Assembly (NCBI GenBank): GCA_021778035.1
Contig: JAJYCY010000008.1
Coordinates: forward strand, 612-64,611
DNA from: Pseudomonadota bacterium
Lineage (GTDB): Bacteria; Pseudomonadota; Gammaproteobacteria; Acidiferrobacterales; UBA6901
DNA: 64,000 nucleotides
Direction of reading: 5' to 3'
The position numbers and the translations under genes were made by a program. The notes beneath the pieces were generated by a model that was not told where the DNA came from, searched no databases, and saw nothing but the letters and a program-made list of their open reading frames with translations. Within the stretch, counting starts at the first letter, position 1. Every line of letters begins with the position of its first letter. Below are positions 18,322-28,385 of the stretch, in pieces.

Positions 18322-19869
18322 ATGGCCACGCCGCCCGGACAGACACCACCGCCTCAGGGAGCCGCGCTGGCACTCATGACGCTGGCTCTGTCCCTCGGGA
18401 CGTTCATGCAGGTGCTGGATACCTCGATTGCCAACGTGTCGATCCCTGCCATCGCCGGCGACCTGGGGTCGAGCCCGACCCAGGGGGCCTGGGTTATCAC
18501 TTCGTTTGCCGTCAGCAACGCAATCATGCTTCCGCTGACCGGCTGGCTGGCCAGGCGGATGGGAGAAGTGAAGCTGTTCGTCTCGGCGACGTTGCTTTTC
18601 ACCGTCGCTTCCTGGGCCTGCGGGCTGGCGCCCAACCTGCCCATGCTGATTGCCTTCCGTGTCTGCCAGGGTGCAGTAGCGGGCCCCATGATTCCGCTCT
18701 CGCAGAGTCTGCTGCTTGCCAATTATCCCGACCGGAAGAAAGGGATGGCCCTGGCGCTGTGGTCCACGACCGTGGTGATCGCTCCAATCTTCGGCCCGAT
18801 CATGGGCGGATGGATCACGGACAACATCAGCTGGCCGTGGATCTTCTACATCAATATTCCGATCGGCATCTTCTCGAGCTTCGTGACGTGGCAGATCCTG
18901 CGCAGACGCGAGACTCCGACGCAGCAGCGTCCGATCGACGCCGTCGGTCTCGGGCTGCTTGCAGTCGGCGTCGGATCGCTCCAGGTCATGCTCGACAAGG
19001 GCAATGATCTCGGGTGGTTCGGATCGTCTTTCATCGTTTCCCTGGCCGCCATTTCCGTGGTTGCTGTGAGCTTCTTTATCGCCTGGGAGCTGACGGAGGA
19101 ACACCCGGTGGTGGATCTGCACCTGTTTCTCAATCGCAATTTCACGGTCGGTGCAGTCGCGACCAGTCTCGGCTACCTGACCTTTTTCGGAAACGTGGTC
19201 ATCTTTCCGCTGTGGCTGCAGACGCAGATGAACTACACCGCTACCTGGGCCGGGCTTGCCGCTGCCCCCATCGGGCTGCTGTCCGTGGTGTTATCCCCGG
19301 TCGTCGGACGCATACTGCACCGTGTCGACCTGCGGGTGCTCGCGACCTTCAGTTTTCTGGTTTTTGCCGGAGTGTCCTTCTGGACCAGCCACTTCAATAC
19401 CAGTGTCAGCTATTTCCAGCTGTTCATGCCGCGGCTCATCCAGGGAATCGGAATGGCGTGCTTTTTCATACCGCTCGCCAGCATGACCCTGTCGGGCCTG
19501 AGCGCCGAGCAGTTCGCGAGCGCTGCCGGGCTGTCGAATTTCCTGCGGATTCTGGCTGGCAGCTTCGGCACCTCCCTGAGTATTACCCTGTGGCAGCGCC
19601 GCAGCATTCTCCACTACAGTCAGCTGATCGCGCACCTTTCGGCTTTTAGCGCGCTCAGCGAGCATGCGCTCAGGCATCTCAGGCACCTCGGCCTGACCAC
19701 GCCCGGCGCGCTAACGTTGCTGGAAGGCACCGTCACCAAGCAGGCGGTCATGATCGCAACCGACGAGCTGTTCTGGCTTTCCGGGGTGATTTTCCTCAGC
19801 CTGATCATAGTGGTATGGTTCGCCCGCCCGCCGTTTGCCGTTGCCGGCAAATCAGGCGGAGAGCACTGA
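18322..19869 (+). CDS. emrB: DHA2-family MFS efflux pump (EmrB/QacA subfamily, 14 TM)
   Basis: 515-aa polytopic protein. Typical motifs LDTSIANVSIPAIAGDLG and GWLARRMG. Confidence 0.9.
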   Translation: MATPPGQTPPPQGAALALMTLALSLGTFMQVLDTSIANVSIPAIAGDLGSSPTQGAWVITSFAVSNAIMLPLTGWLARRMGEVKLFVSATLLFTVASWACGLAPNLPMLIAFRVCQGAVAGPMIPLSQSLLLANYPDRKKGMALALWSTTVVIAPIFGPIMGGWITDNISWPWIFYINIPIGIFSSFVTWQILRRRETPTQQRPIDAVGLGLLAVGVGSLQVMLDKGNDLGWFGSSFIVSLAAISVVAVSFFIAWELTEEHPVVDLHLFLNRNFTVGAVATSLGYLTFFGNVVIFPLWLQTQMNYTATWAGLAAAPIGLLSVVLSPVVGRILHRVDLRVLATFSFLVFAGVSFWTSHFNTSVSYFQLFMPRLIQGIGMACFFIPLASMTLSGLSAEQFASAAGLSNFLRILAGSFGTSLSITLWQRRSILHYSQLIAHLSAFSALSEHALRHLRHLGLTTPGALTLLEGTVTKQAVMIATDELFWLSGVIFLSLIIVVWFARPPFAVAGKSGGEH

Positions 19870-19951
19870 CGGCTTTTGCGCTGCCGGAGTGAAACACCGC
19901 GGCCACGGCATGGTCTATAGAACGGCAGCCCACAAAACGGGACAGGCGGAG

Positions 19952-20416
19952 ATGATCAGGGCCATAAGGCAGTTCCTCGATGAAAACCGGCCCGCCGGCG
20001 GGCCGCGGCGGGAGCAGGATGACCTTCAGGTAGCGGCTGCGGCACTGCTCATAGAGGTCATGGCGGCGGATTACCATGAAGAGCCGTCCGAGCGCGAAGC
20101 CATAGGGTGTTCGCTCGCACGCCTGTTCGGCCTTTCGGCGCAGGACGGAACGCGGCTTGTGGCCCGGGCGCAGGAGGAACTGCGCTGCGCCACCGATGAC
20201 TATGAGTTTGTATCCAGCATCAACCGCGGATTTTCCGCCGAACAGAAAGAGGAACTGATGGAGGCGCTCTGGCGCGTTGCCTATGCCGATGGCAACATCG
20301 ATATGTACGAGCGGCACTATCTGAGCAAACTTGCCGAGCTCCTCTATATTCCGCAGTCGGTGTTCGTCGCGGCCAAGCTCCGTGCCTGTGCGGCCGGCGA
20401 AGGACTGTCCGGCTGA
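19952..20416 (+). CDS. TerB-family (tellurite-resistance-like) protein
   Basis: Trimmed to ATG 19952 with SD AGGCGGAG. TerB-like helical repeats, ...ALWRVAYADGNIDMYERHYLSKLAELLYIP. Confidence 0.7.
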   Translation: MIRAIRQFLDENRPAGGPRREQDDLQVAAAALLIEVMAADYHEEPSEREAIGCSLARLFGLSAQDGTRLVARAQEELRCATDDYEFVSSINRGFSAEQKEELMEALWRVAYADGNIDMYERHYLSKLAELLYIPQSVFVAAKLRACAAGEGLSG

Positions 20417-20627
20417 CCGCGTGTCTGCCCGCCCTGTCCGGCAGCGGACCGGAATCGTCGGGCTTGACCGCGTTTTGCGGGCTGGGCTACCGTATGCGCG
20501 CACCGGGCAGCGTCAGTGGTGCTTCTGCCGAACCGGCTGCAGCATGCCGGTCCTAGACGTCCAGCTGTGGAGCCCAGGGCGGGCCCTTGCGGCTGATGCC
20601 GCAAATTCTCTCCGCGGGGATTGACTG

Positions 20628-22148
20628 TTGTCGCATATCGCATGGATTGGCGGTTCTCGGTCCGGGCCGGTTGCCCGTCCGGGCCGGTTGCCGGAACGTG
20701 CTGGCGGACACCGCCTGGCTGCGGCCCTGCTTGTTCTCGCTGTTATCTTGCCAGGGATGCAGGCTACCGCTGATGCGGCCGACCGCACACAGCTCCCGCG
20801 GACGGTAGCCGCCACACTGCGGCGCTACGGCATGCCGGCGCGCAGTCTCAGCGTCGTGGTTCGCCCGGTGGACGGTTCCGGTGCGGTACTCGACTTCAAC
20901 GCCGACGTGCCCCGCAGTCCGGCTTCAACGCTCAAGATTCTCACCACGCTGGTGTCGCTCGAGAAACTCGGGCCGGCATACACCTGGAAAACCGAGGCCT
21001 TCGGCGATGGCCCGGTGCGCGATGGGCGGTTGCAGGGCAACCTTTACATAAAGGGTTACGGGGATCCGGATCTGGTCATCGAGGATTTCTGGCGTTTTCT
21101 GCACGGCCTGCAGGAACGCGGGGTCCGGAGCATCAGCGGAAACCTGGTTCTTGACCAGGATTACTTTGCCCAGTCGGATACGACGCGCGCCGGATTCGAC
21201 GGGCATCCGCTGCGGCCGTACAACGTGCTGCCGAGCGCGCTGCTGGTCAATTTCCAGGCAGTCAGATTCCGTTTTTTCCCGGACCCCAGCCATGCACGGG
21301 TACATGTTGTCGCCGATCCGCTGCCGGCCGGTTTCACGCTCATCAGCCATGTGCGTCTGGTCGATGGCCCCTGTCTCGGCGGCGCGCACGCCGTGGACAT
21401 GCAGGTGGAGCGCTCCGGCCGGGAGAGGCGGGTGATCCTGACCGGCAACTATGCGTCCGCCTGCGGACAGGATGACCGCTACCGGGTGCTGTCCGGTTCC
21501 AGGGACTATATGGACGGCATATTCCGTGAACTCTGGCGCGGAATGGGCGGAAAATTCCACGGACATGTCGTCTACGGCCGCGTTCCGCCATCGGCGCAGC
21601 TGCTGTATACCGGACATTCTCCGCCGCTGGCGGAAGTGATCCGGTCCATCAACAAGTACAGCAACAACGTCATGGCGCGACAGCTCCTGCTGACGCTCGC
21701 GGCCCGGTTTGTGGGGGTTCCCGGCACCGTTGCGGACGGAGACCGGGTGGTGCGCGGATGGCTGGCCGCTCACGGCATGCATTTTCCGGAGCTTTTTGTC
21801 GGCAACGGCTCGGGGCTGTCGCGGCGCGCGCGGATTTCTGCGCGTCATCTGGCGGATGTGCTGGACGCCGCCTATCAGGGCCCGTACATGCCCGAGTTCT
21901 TTGCATCGCTTCCGGTCCTGTCTGTTGACGGGACCATGAAGTACAGACTTGACGGCAGTGCGCTGGCCGGACGCGCACACCTCAAGACCGGCAGTCTCGA
22001 TGGTGTCCTCGCTGCTGCCGGGATGATGCTGGACAGCAAGGGCCGTCGCATGCTGGTGGTGTGCCTGCAGAATGATCCAGACGCTGATTCCGGCGCTGGG
22101 CAGGCGGTGCAGAATGCCCTGTTCGAGTGGGTCTACCACCGGCCCTGA
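20628..22148 (+). CDS. dacB: D-alanyl-D-alanine carboxypeptidase/endopeptidase (PBP4, peptidase S13)
   Basis: Active-site SxxK in PASTLKILTT. PBP4-length protein with an N-terminal signal/anchor. TTG start as given by the ORF track. Confidence 0.85.
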   Translation: MSHIAWIGGSRSGPVARPGRLPERAGGHRLAAALLVLAVILPGMQATADAADRTQLPRTVAATLRRYGMPARSLSVVVRPVDGSGAVLDFNADVPRSPASTLKILTTLVSLEKLGPAYTWKTEAFGDGPVRDGRLQGNLYIKGYGDPDLVIEDFWRFLHGLQERGVRSISGNLVLDQDYFAQSDTTRAGFDGHPLRPYNVLPSALLVNFQAVRFRFFPDPSHARVHVVADPLPAGFTLISHVRLVDGPCLGGAHAVDMQVERSGRERRVILTGNYASACGQDDRYRVLSGSRDYMDGIFRELWRGMGGKFHGHVVYGRVPPSAQLLYTGHSPPLAEVIRSINKYSNNVMARQLLLTLAARFVGVPGTVADGDRVVRGWLAAHGMHFPELFVGNGSGLSRRARISARHLADVLDAAYQGPYMPEFFASLPVLSVDGTMKYRLDGSALAGRAHLKTGSLDGVLAAAGMMLDSKGRRMLVVCLQNDPDADSGAGQAVQNALFEWVYHRP

Positions 22149-22190
22149 TGGGGTGACGCATCCCCTTGCCGGTCCGGCGGAGATTGGAGC

Positions 22191-22568
22191 ATGACGCGAT
22201 ACATACTTGAGGAGTCCCGCCTGCATCCCGCGATCCGGGAGACGGTCGCGTCCAATCATCGCGATCTTGTCGAAGAGGTGATGGCGGCAGTGGCGCGCAA
22301 TCCGGTGGTGGTGGTAGGTATGGCGCGCAATCCCTTCTGCCGTCGTGCCCGGCGCATGCTTGATGCACACGGCGTTACCTACGCGTACCTCGAGTACGGT
22401 GGCTATTTCCGGCTCTGGCGGCGGCGCAACGCCCTGAAGATGTGGACCGGCTGGCCGACTTTCCCGATGGTGTTCGTACAAGGCCAGCTCATCGGCGGGG
22501 CGCAGGACCTGGGCGCGCTTCTCGGGAGCGGCGAGTTCCGGCAGTTGCTCGAGAAAAACGTCTCCTGA
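22191..22568 (+). CDS. Glutaredoxin-fold protein related to monothiol (Grx4-type) glutaredoxins, variant active site
   Basis: NPVVVVGMARNPFCRRARRML ... WPTFPMVFVQGQLIGGAQDL parallels the Grx4 layout, but CGFS is replaced by FCRR. Confidence 0.7.
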   Translation: MTRYILEESRLHPAIRETVASNHRDLVEEVMAAVARNPVVVVGMARNPFCRRARRMLDAHGVTYAYLEYGGYFRLWRRRNALKMWTGWPTFPMVFVQGQLIGGAQDLGALLGSGEFRQLLEKNVS

Positions 22569-22591
22569 CGCCGCGGTGCAGGGCGCGGCAT

Positions 22592-23458
22592 TCAGCGCAC
22601 CCTGTTCCGCAGCCGGCCGATGCCTTCCACCTCGCATTCGACCAGATCCCCCGGCCTGAGAAACTCGGGAGGCGTGCGCGCGAAGCCGACGCCACCCGGT
22701 GTACCGGTCGAAATGATGTCGCCCGGTTCGAGTGGCATGCCGCGCGACAGGATCGACAGCACCGTGGCGACGTCGAAGACCTGCATGCGTGTATTTGCGG
22801 ACTGTTTGAGCTCGCCGTTTACCCACGTACGCAGATCCAGTGCCTGCGGGTCTGTGATCTCGTCGGCGGTGACGATCACCGGGCCCATGGGACAGGCGCC
22901 GTCCAGGCTCTTGCCGAGGAAGAACTGCTTGTGACGGAACTGCAGATCGCGTGCCGATATGTCATTGATTACCGTGTATCCGAACACATGCTGCAGTGCA
23001 TCTGCAGCCGCAATCCTGCATCCGCCGGTGCCGATGATCACCGCCAGCTCGACCTCCCAGTCGAGCTGGGTGGTGAGGTCCGGTACCCACGGAATATCGC
23101 CGTATGGGCTGTTTACGCTGGTGGTGTTCTTGGTAAATACCACGGGATGTTCGGGGATCTCGGCAGCACGGGTGGCCGCGCTCTCGCGGACATGTTCGGC
23201 ATAGTTCCAGCCGAGGCAGATGATATTCTTGCGCGGCTGCGGGATGGGCGCACGCAGCTCCACCTGCGAGAGCGGCACTTGCTCGCTGATCGCCCGCTGC
23301 GGATCAGCGGCCAGGGCCGACCACAGTCCAGGACCGGCATCGATGAGGGCCAGCATCGACTGTGGCCATCCGCCGTGAGGATCGATCAGGCCGGCGGTAT
23401 CGCCTGTCACGACCCCGATCCGCTCTGCCCGCCTGTAACGACAGCTGATCAGCCGCAT
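22592..23458 (-). CDS. Fumarylacetoacetate hydrolase family protein
   Basis: Trimmed to ATG 23458 (MRLISCRYRRAERIGVVTGD...). FAH-domain C-terminal sequence ...GDIISTGTPGGVGFARTPPEFLRPGDLVECEVEGIG. Confidence 0.85.
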   Translation of the reverse strand: MRLISCRYRRAERIGVVTGDTAGLIDPHGGWPQSMLALIDAGPGLWSALAADPQRAISEQVPLSQVELRAPIPQPRKNIICLGWNYAEHVRESAATRAAEIPEHPVVFTKNTTSVNSPYGDIPWVPDLTTQLDWEVELAVIIGTGGCRIAAADALQHVFGYTVINDISARDLQFRHKQFFLGKSLDGACPMGPVIVTADEITDPQALDLRTWVNGELKQSANTRMQVFDVATVLSILSRGMPLEPGDIISTGTPGGVGFARTPPEFLRPGDLVECEVEGIGRLRNRVR

Positions 23459-23607
23459 AGGAATGGTTATCCGTGTGGGGTCAGTGATGATACCAAGCGC
23501 GCAGATACCGGTCAGCGCCGGGGTGCGATGGGACGGAGTCCGGCACAACCTTATAATAATGCGCCAATGGCGGGCCGGAGGCCCGCGGCCGCCCGGGTAC
23601 CTTCAGC

Positions 23608-24117
23608 ATGACACGTCAGCGCCCAGCACGGGAACCGAGATCCAACTATATTACGGCCGAGGGATGGAAGCGGCTGAACGACGAGCTGGCGCATCTGTGG
23701 CGGGTGCAGCGACCGCAGGTCACCCAGGCTGTTGCCGATGCTGCGGCCCTCGGCGACCGTTCGGAGAATGCCGAGTACATCTACGGCAAGAAACAGCTGC
23801 GGGAGCTGGACCGGCGCATCCGTTTCATTGCCAAACGCCTGGACCAGCTCGTTGTCGTCGGGCGCAAGCCCGATGACCGCAGCCGGGTCTACTTCGGCGC
23901 GTGGGTCCGGATCGAGGATGAGGCCGGTGATGCGTACACCTATCGTATCGTAGGACCGGATGAATCTGATACGGACCTGGGCATGATCAGCATGGATTCG
24001 CCGCTTGCCCGCGCGCTCATGAACAGAACCGAAGGTGATGAGGTCGCGGTTGTGCTGCCGGAGGGAAGCGCGGTGTACTGGATTGCCGAAATCCGCTATG
24101 AGCCGCCCGGCACGTGA
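23608..24117 (+). CDS. greB: Transcription elongation factor GreB
   Basis: NYITAEGWKRLNDELAHLW...GDRSENAEYIYGKKQLRELDRRIRFI, 169 aa. Confidence 0.9.
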   Translation: MTRQRPAREPRSNYITAEGWKRLNDELAHLWRVQRPQVTQAVADAAALGDRSENAEYIYGKKQLRELDRRIRFIAKRLDQLVVVGRKPDDRSRVYFGAWVRIEDEAGDAYTYRIVGPDESDTDLGMISMDSPLARALMNRTEGDEVAVVLPEGSAVYWIAEIRYEPPGT

Positions 24118-24150
24118 ACGCCCGCGGCCGTCCGTGCCGGACACCTCCCG

Positions 24151-26472
24151 TCATGTGCCCGGCCGGTGCCCGAACAGGGTCCTGAACCAGTTCTTGATCA
24201 CTCTCACCGGCGAGCGCGCAGCGCACGGGGCGCGATGCACCGGAACCGAGCCGCGGATGAACGGAATCCGGATTGCGCCCGTGCATTCCGGGTCGGCCCG
24301 CAGCCCGCTCTGCGGGTCTATCCACGCCATGCGGATATCGGCTGGACGCGGCGGTTTGAGCGGTTGCTGGCGCAGCCGGGACATGGCACTACCCCAGACA
24401 GACATGGCGCCCATGGCGCCGGTCAGTCCCGTGGGCCCGTCATTGTCGCGGCCGATCCACGCGACGGCCACGTGATTGCCCGTGAAACCGGCAAACCAGC
24501 TGTCCCGCAGATCCTGGGAGGTCCCGGTCTTGCCGGCCACATGCAGATCGGCGGGCAGGTAAGCTGAAAGTCCGGCGGCTGTTCCCTGTGCCACGACCTG
24601 CTGCAGCGCATAGATGAGCAGGTAGACCGGACCGGCTGGCGCGGCCTCGGTGACCTTCGGTGCAAAGCGCTGGAGCGGATGGCCGGAGGCATCCAGCACA
24701 TCCCGTACTGCCCGCAGCGGTACCCGCAGCCCGCCGTTAGCGAGGGTCTGGTACATCTGTGCCACTTCGAACGGCGACAGGCTGTCGGCGCCGAGGAGGC
24801 TTGCCTGGTACTGTGGAAGGGGGTGCTTGATCCCGAGCGCGTGTACGGTGTCCATCACCGCGGGCAGCCCCAGGCCGAGTCCCAGGCGCACGGTGGCCAC
24901 GTTGTAGGAATTGGCCAGCGCCAGAGGCAGCGGAACGAGGCCATGGAAGCGGCGATCATAGTTGCGGGGTGCCCACACCACGTTTCTGCTCTCGCGGACC
25001 TCAAGCGGGGTGTCCTTGAGGAGTGTGGCGAGCGTGTAGTGGTCCGGTTGCTCCAGTGCCGTCAGATAGATAGCTGGCTTGATGAGGGAGCCGACGGGGC
25101 GGAACGCATCGAGCGCACGATCGAACCCGTCGAACCGCGGGTTGCGTCCGCCGACGATCGCTTGCACGCTTCCGGTGCGTGAATTGGTGATGACCACCGC
25201 CCCTTCCAGCGCCTGCCGCGGAAGATGCTGTGCTGCTTCCAGCTGTGTGATGCGGTTTTCCAGTGCGTGCTCGGCGGCTGCCTGTGTTTCAAGATCAAGG
25301 GTCGTGATGATGCGCAGTCCGGCACCGCGCAGTTCATCCTCGGGATAATCGCGCAGCAGTTCGCGGCGGACGAGATCGAGAAATGCCGGATAGCGTGATG
25401 CGGTCAGCGGTGGCATGGCCGCGACGCCAAGCGGCTCGGCCATGGCCCGTATGTACTGCTGTCGGGTGATGTGGCGCTGCTGCAGGAGTTCCTTCAGCAC
25501 CAGGTCGCGGCGCGCAAGCGCCCGACGCGGATGCTGCCGCGGGTCATAGTAGGAAGGGCCCCGGACGAGAGCGACGAGCAGGGCCGATTTCGCCAGGCCG
25601 ATGTGTGACAGGGATTCATCGAAGTAGAACTTGCTTGCTTCCCCGAATCCGCGGATCGCATGCCGGCCTTCCTGGCCAAGGTAGACCTCGTTGAGGTAGG
25701 CATTCAGGACCTGCTGCTTGCTGTAGTGAAGATTGAGCAGCAGGGCCATGATGATTTCGGTGAATTTCCGGCTGACCGTGCGCTGCGGACCGAGGAACAC
25801 GTTCTTGACGAGCTGCTGGGTCAGGGTGCTTCCACCCTGGATCCCGTGCCCGCGCAGCGTCGTCCAGAGCGCGCGTGCCATGCCGCGGGGGTCTATGCCC
25901 CAGTTGGTATAGAAGGTCCGGTCTTCAACGCTGACAAGACCGTTCACGATGTCCGGCGGTGTCTGGGCGAGCGTGACAAGTTCGCGGTCAGAACGATCGG
26001 CAGGATAGATCCTGCCGATCAGTACCGGATCCAGGCGGACTTCTGCTGCGGCTGAGCCGGTCGTCAGGCTGTTGATCGCTGCCAGCCGGCCATCCGAGAA
26101 ATGCAGAGCCACTGGCTGCGCGGACTGCCTGCCATCCCAGAAGGTGAACGGACGCGTCACCAGGTCTATGTCGTCCCCGTTGCGCGTATAGGTTCCTGGA
26201 GCAGAGGGATCATCGACCTGGCGGTAGGCAAGAAACCGCAGTTCCTGCAGCAGCTGCCGGGGCGCAAGCTTTTCTCCGGAATGGAGTTCCATGGGGCGCG
26301 CATACACCCGCGCCGGGATCTCCCATGATCGGGTCTCGAACTGGGTGCGCACGACATGATTCAGGTACAGGACGTACCCCGAAAACAGCAGCAGCGCGAT
26401 CCATAGACCCTGGAAAAATTTCCTGGAAGCCGGTTGCTTTCGCGGGCGTTTGCGTGCGGACCTGGATGTCAT
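24151..26472 (-). CDS. mrcB: Penicillin-binding protein 1B (bifunctional glycosyltransferase/transpeptidase)
   Basis: N-terminal TM anchor. GT51 motif VEDRTFYTNWGIDP. Transpeptidase SxxK in VGSLIKPAIY. 773 aa. Confidence 0.9.
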   Translation of the reverse strand: MTSRSARKRPRKQPASRKFFQGLWIALLLFSGYVLYLNHVVRTQFETRSWEIPARVYARPMELHSGEKLAPRQLLQELRFLAYRQVDDPSAPGTYTRNGDDIDLVTRPFTFWDGRQSAQPVALHFSDGRLAAINSLTTGSAAAEVRLDPVLIGRIYPADRSDRELVTLAQTPPDIVNGLVSVEDRTFYTNWGIDPRGMARALWTTLRGHGIQGGSTLTQQLVKNVFLGPQRTVSRKFTEIIMALLLNLHYSKQQVLNAYLNEVYLGQEGRHAIRGFGEASKFYFDESLSHIGLAKSALLVALVRGPSYYDPRQHPRRALARRDLVLKELLQQRHITRQQYIRAMAEPLGVAAMPPLTASRYPAFLDLVRRELLRDYPEDELRGAGLRIITTLDLETQAAAEHALENRITQLEAAQHLPRQALEGAVVITNSRTGSVQAIVGGRNPRFDGFDRALDAFRPVGSLIKPAIYLTALEQPDHYTLATLLKDTPLEVRESRNVVWAPRNYDRRFHGLVPLPLALANSYNVATVRLGLGLGLPAVMDTVHALGIKHPLPQYQASLLGADSLSPFEVAQMYQTLANGGLRVPLRAVRDVLDASGHPLQRFAPKVTEAAPAGPVYLLIYALQQVVAQGTAAGLSAYLPADLHVAGKTGTSQDLRDSWFAGFTGNHVAVAWIGRDNDGPTGLTGAMGAMSVWGSAMSRLRQQPLKPPRPADIRMAWIDPQSGLRADPECTGAIRIPFIRGSVPVHRAPCAARSPVRVIKNWFRTLFGHRPGT

Positions 26473-26815
26473 GCTGCCTTCACGGGGTCTGTGTATATGC
26501 AGCCGGTTGTCGAAACCGGAGTCAGGCGCCAGCCGTAACCGGGCGCCGGTCGCAGAGATGCCGGGCAGTCATTATAACGTCGCGCCGCAGTCCATGCGCG
26601 GCATACCCGATGACCGGCACCGCCGGCAAAATAGCCGAGCGGGTGGTGGAACCCGTCCGGACACTACCCTTCGGCATGCCCGGGAGCGAGGCGCCACCCA
26701 ACCGGTGGCTGGCCCGCGGGTCGCAAGCCGGGACGGTGGTTGATAGAATGCCCTGCCCAATCGGGGTGGATGCAGATCGCGGATGTGCCGGAACCCTCCG
26801 CATTACGGGAAGAAC

Positions 26816-27466
26816 ATGAAGCTACTACGCATATTTCTGGAATTTCTTGTCGTTGTGCTGCTCATCGTGACCAGCTACTTCTGGTTCGATGTGCCGGTAG
26901 CGGTGTATTTTCAGCACCTGGTCGCGTCGCACGCCCTGCTGCACAAGTATACATCGCACATACCCGACCTCCTGTTTCCCTTCGTACTTGCAGTTACCGT
27001 TTTCTGCTGGACTGCGCGGTTCCTGGGTCTGTCCGAAGGTAGCCGCAGCGGCTGGTTCCTGCAACTGTGCGGGATCAGCGTGCCGCTTGCGTATGCGGCA
27101 AAATCCGTGCTGCAGTCCGCGTTCGGACGTCCTGATCCGAGGGTCTGGCTGAGCCACCCGCAGCTTTTCGGATTCCACTGGCTCCAGTGCTGTATAGACT
27201 ACCGCAGCTTTCCATCCGGCCACATGACGGTGATTGCCGCTCTCGCGACGGTACTCTGGCAGGCATATCCGCGGTACCGGGCGGTGTATGTCTGTGGCAC
27301 AGCCCTGCTCGGCCTCGCGCTGGTGGCAACGAACTACCACTATGTCAGCGATGCGATTGCCGGTGCTTACCTGGGGATCTCGGTATCCCGCGCGTGCAGC
27401 TACGCGCTGACGGCGATACATGGATCAGTCCGCAGGCCGAAGCCGGAGCTGTCGGCGCACGACTGA
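26816..27466 (+). CDS. PAP2-family phosphatase (membrane)
   Basis: Trimmed to ATG 26816 (MKLLRIFLEFLVVVLLIV) with SD GGGAAG. PAP2 motif SFPSGH. Confidence 0.8.
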   Translation: MKLLRIFLEFLVVVLLIVTSYFWFDVPVAVYFQHLVASHALLHKYTSHIPDLLFPFVLAVTVFCWTARFLGLSEGSRSGWFLQLCGISVPLAYAAKSVLQSAFGRPDPRVWLSHPQLFGFHWLQCCIDYRSFPSGHMTVIAALATVLWQAYPRYRAVYVCGTALLGLALVATNYHYVSDAIAGAYLGISVSRACSYALTAIHGSVRRPKPELSAHD

Positions 27467-27607
27467 AGGCGCTGTCCCGGCAGCCACTTCCGGGTGGAGC
27501 GGCGCGACGCAAGGCGCATCATCGCCGCGTGCGCTATGATAGATGATGAGACATGTTGACTGATACGCGGGCGGCGGTTGCCGGCATGCCGCAGGTCTAG
27601 GCACTTC

Positions 27608-28138
27608 ATGAAGAAATATCTGGTCATATCAGCTGTCGGTGAAGATCGTCCCGGAATCGTGAACGAGCTGTCACGCTCGATCCTCGAGGGGGGCTGCAAT
27701 GTCGAGGACAGCCGCATGACCGTTCTCGGCGGGGAGTTCGCGCTGGTCCTGATGATCTCGGGAAGCTGGAATGCCATCGGCAAGATGGAGGCGATGGTAC
27801 CCGCCCTGGGCAAGAAGCTCGATCTCACCATTGTTGCGCGGCCGACGGACGAGCGCGCAGCGCGTCCAGGCATGGTTCCCTATACCGTGGACGTGGTTTC
27901 CATTGACCAGCCAGGTATTGTGCATAAGGTTGCCGAGTTCTTTTCGTCGCGCGGTATCAACATTGAAGATCTCAGTACCCAGACTTACCCTGCCGCGCAT
28001 ACCGGTACACCGATGTTCTCGCTCAACATCACGGTCAGTGTGCCGGCGGATCTCCACATTGGGCGGCTGCGTGACGAATTCACCGACTTTTGTGACGAGC
28101 TCAATGTCGATGCTTCGCTGGAGCCGGCGCGATCCTAG
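27608..28138 (+). CDS. gcvR: Glycine cleavage system transcriptional repressor-like ACT-domain protein
   Basis: Trimmed to ATG 27608. MKKYLVISAVGEDRPGIVNELSRSILEGGCNVEDSRMTVLGGEFALVLMISGSWNAI closely parallels E. coli GcvR. Confidence 0.8.
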   Translation: MKKYLVISAVGEDRPGIVNELSRSILEGGCNVEDSRMTVLGGEFALVLMISGSWNAIGKMEAMVPALGKKLDLTIVARPTDERAARPGMVPYTVDVVSIDQPGIVHKVAEFFSSRGINIEDLSTQTYPAAHTGTPMFSLNITVSVPADLHIGRLRDEFTDFCDELNVDASLEPARS

Positions 28139-28385
28139 GGGTTGCGGCTGCATTCAACGCCCCTCGGGGGCGATAGCGCCGACACCGCTGGTGTCTTATG
28201 ATCAGTGATGGGGTGCAGGCATATCCGGGTGCACGTCGGCCCGGGTGGCCGGTAACGGAACAGGGCGGAACTCCGTCACGTGCGGCAGAGGCAGCAAGAC
28301 CGCACGGCAGCCGGGATCGGAGCCGGTGGTGTGGGCAGGAGCCGGCAGGTCGCCACGGAAGCATGCGATAAGCGGATGGACGGTA

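Noticed and set aside
20587-20604. Short hairpin TTGCGGC-tgat-GCCGCAA followed by a T/C-rich run, just upstream of dacB
   Set aside because: The stem is only 7 bp and the hairpin lies about 170 nt from the terB-like stop. It could be a weak terminator or attenuator, but it cannot be distinguished from chance.
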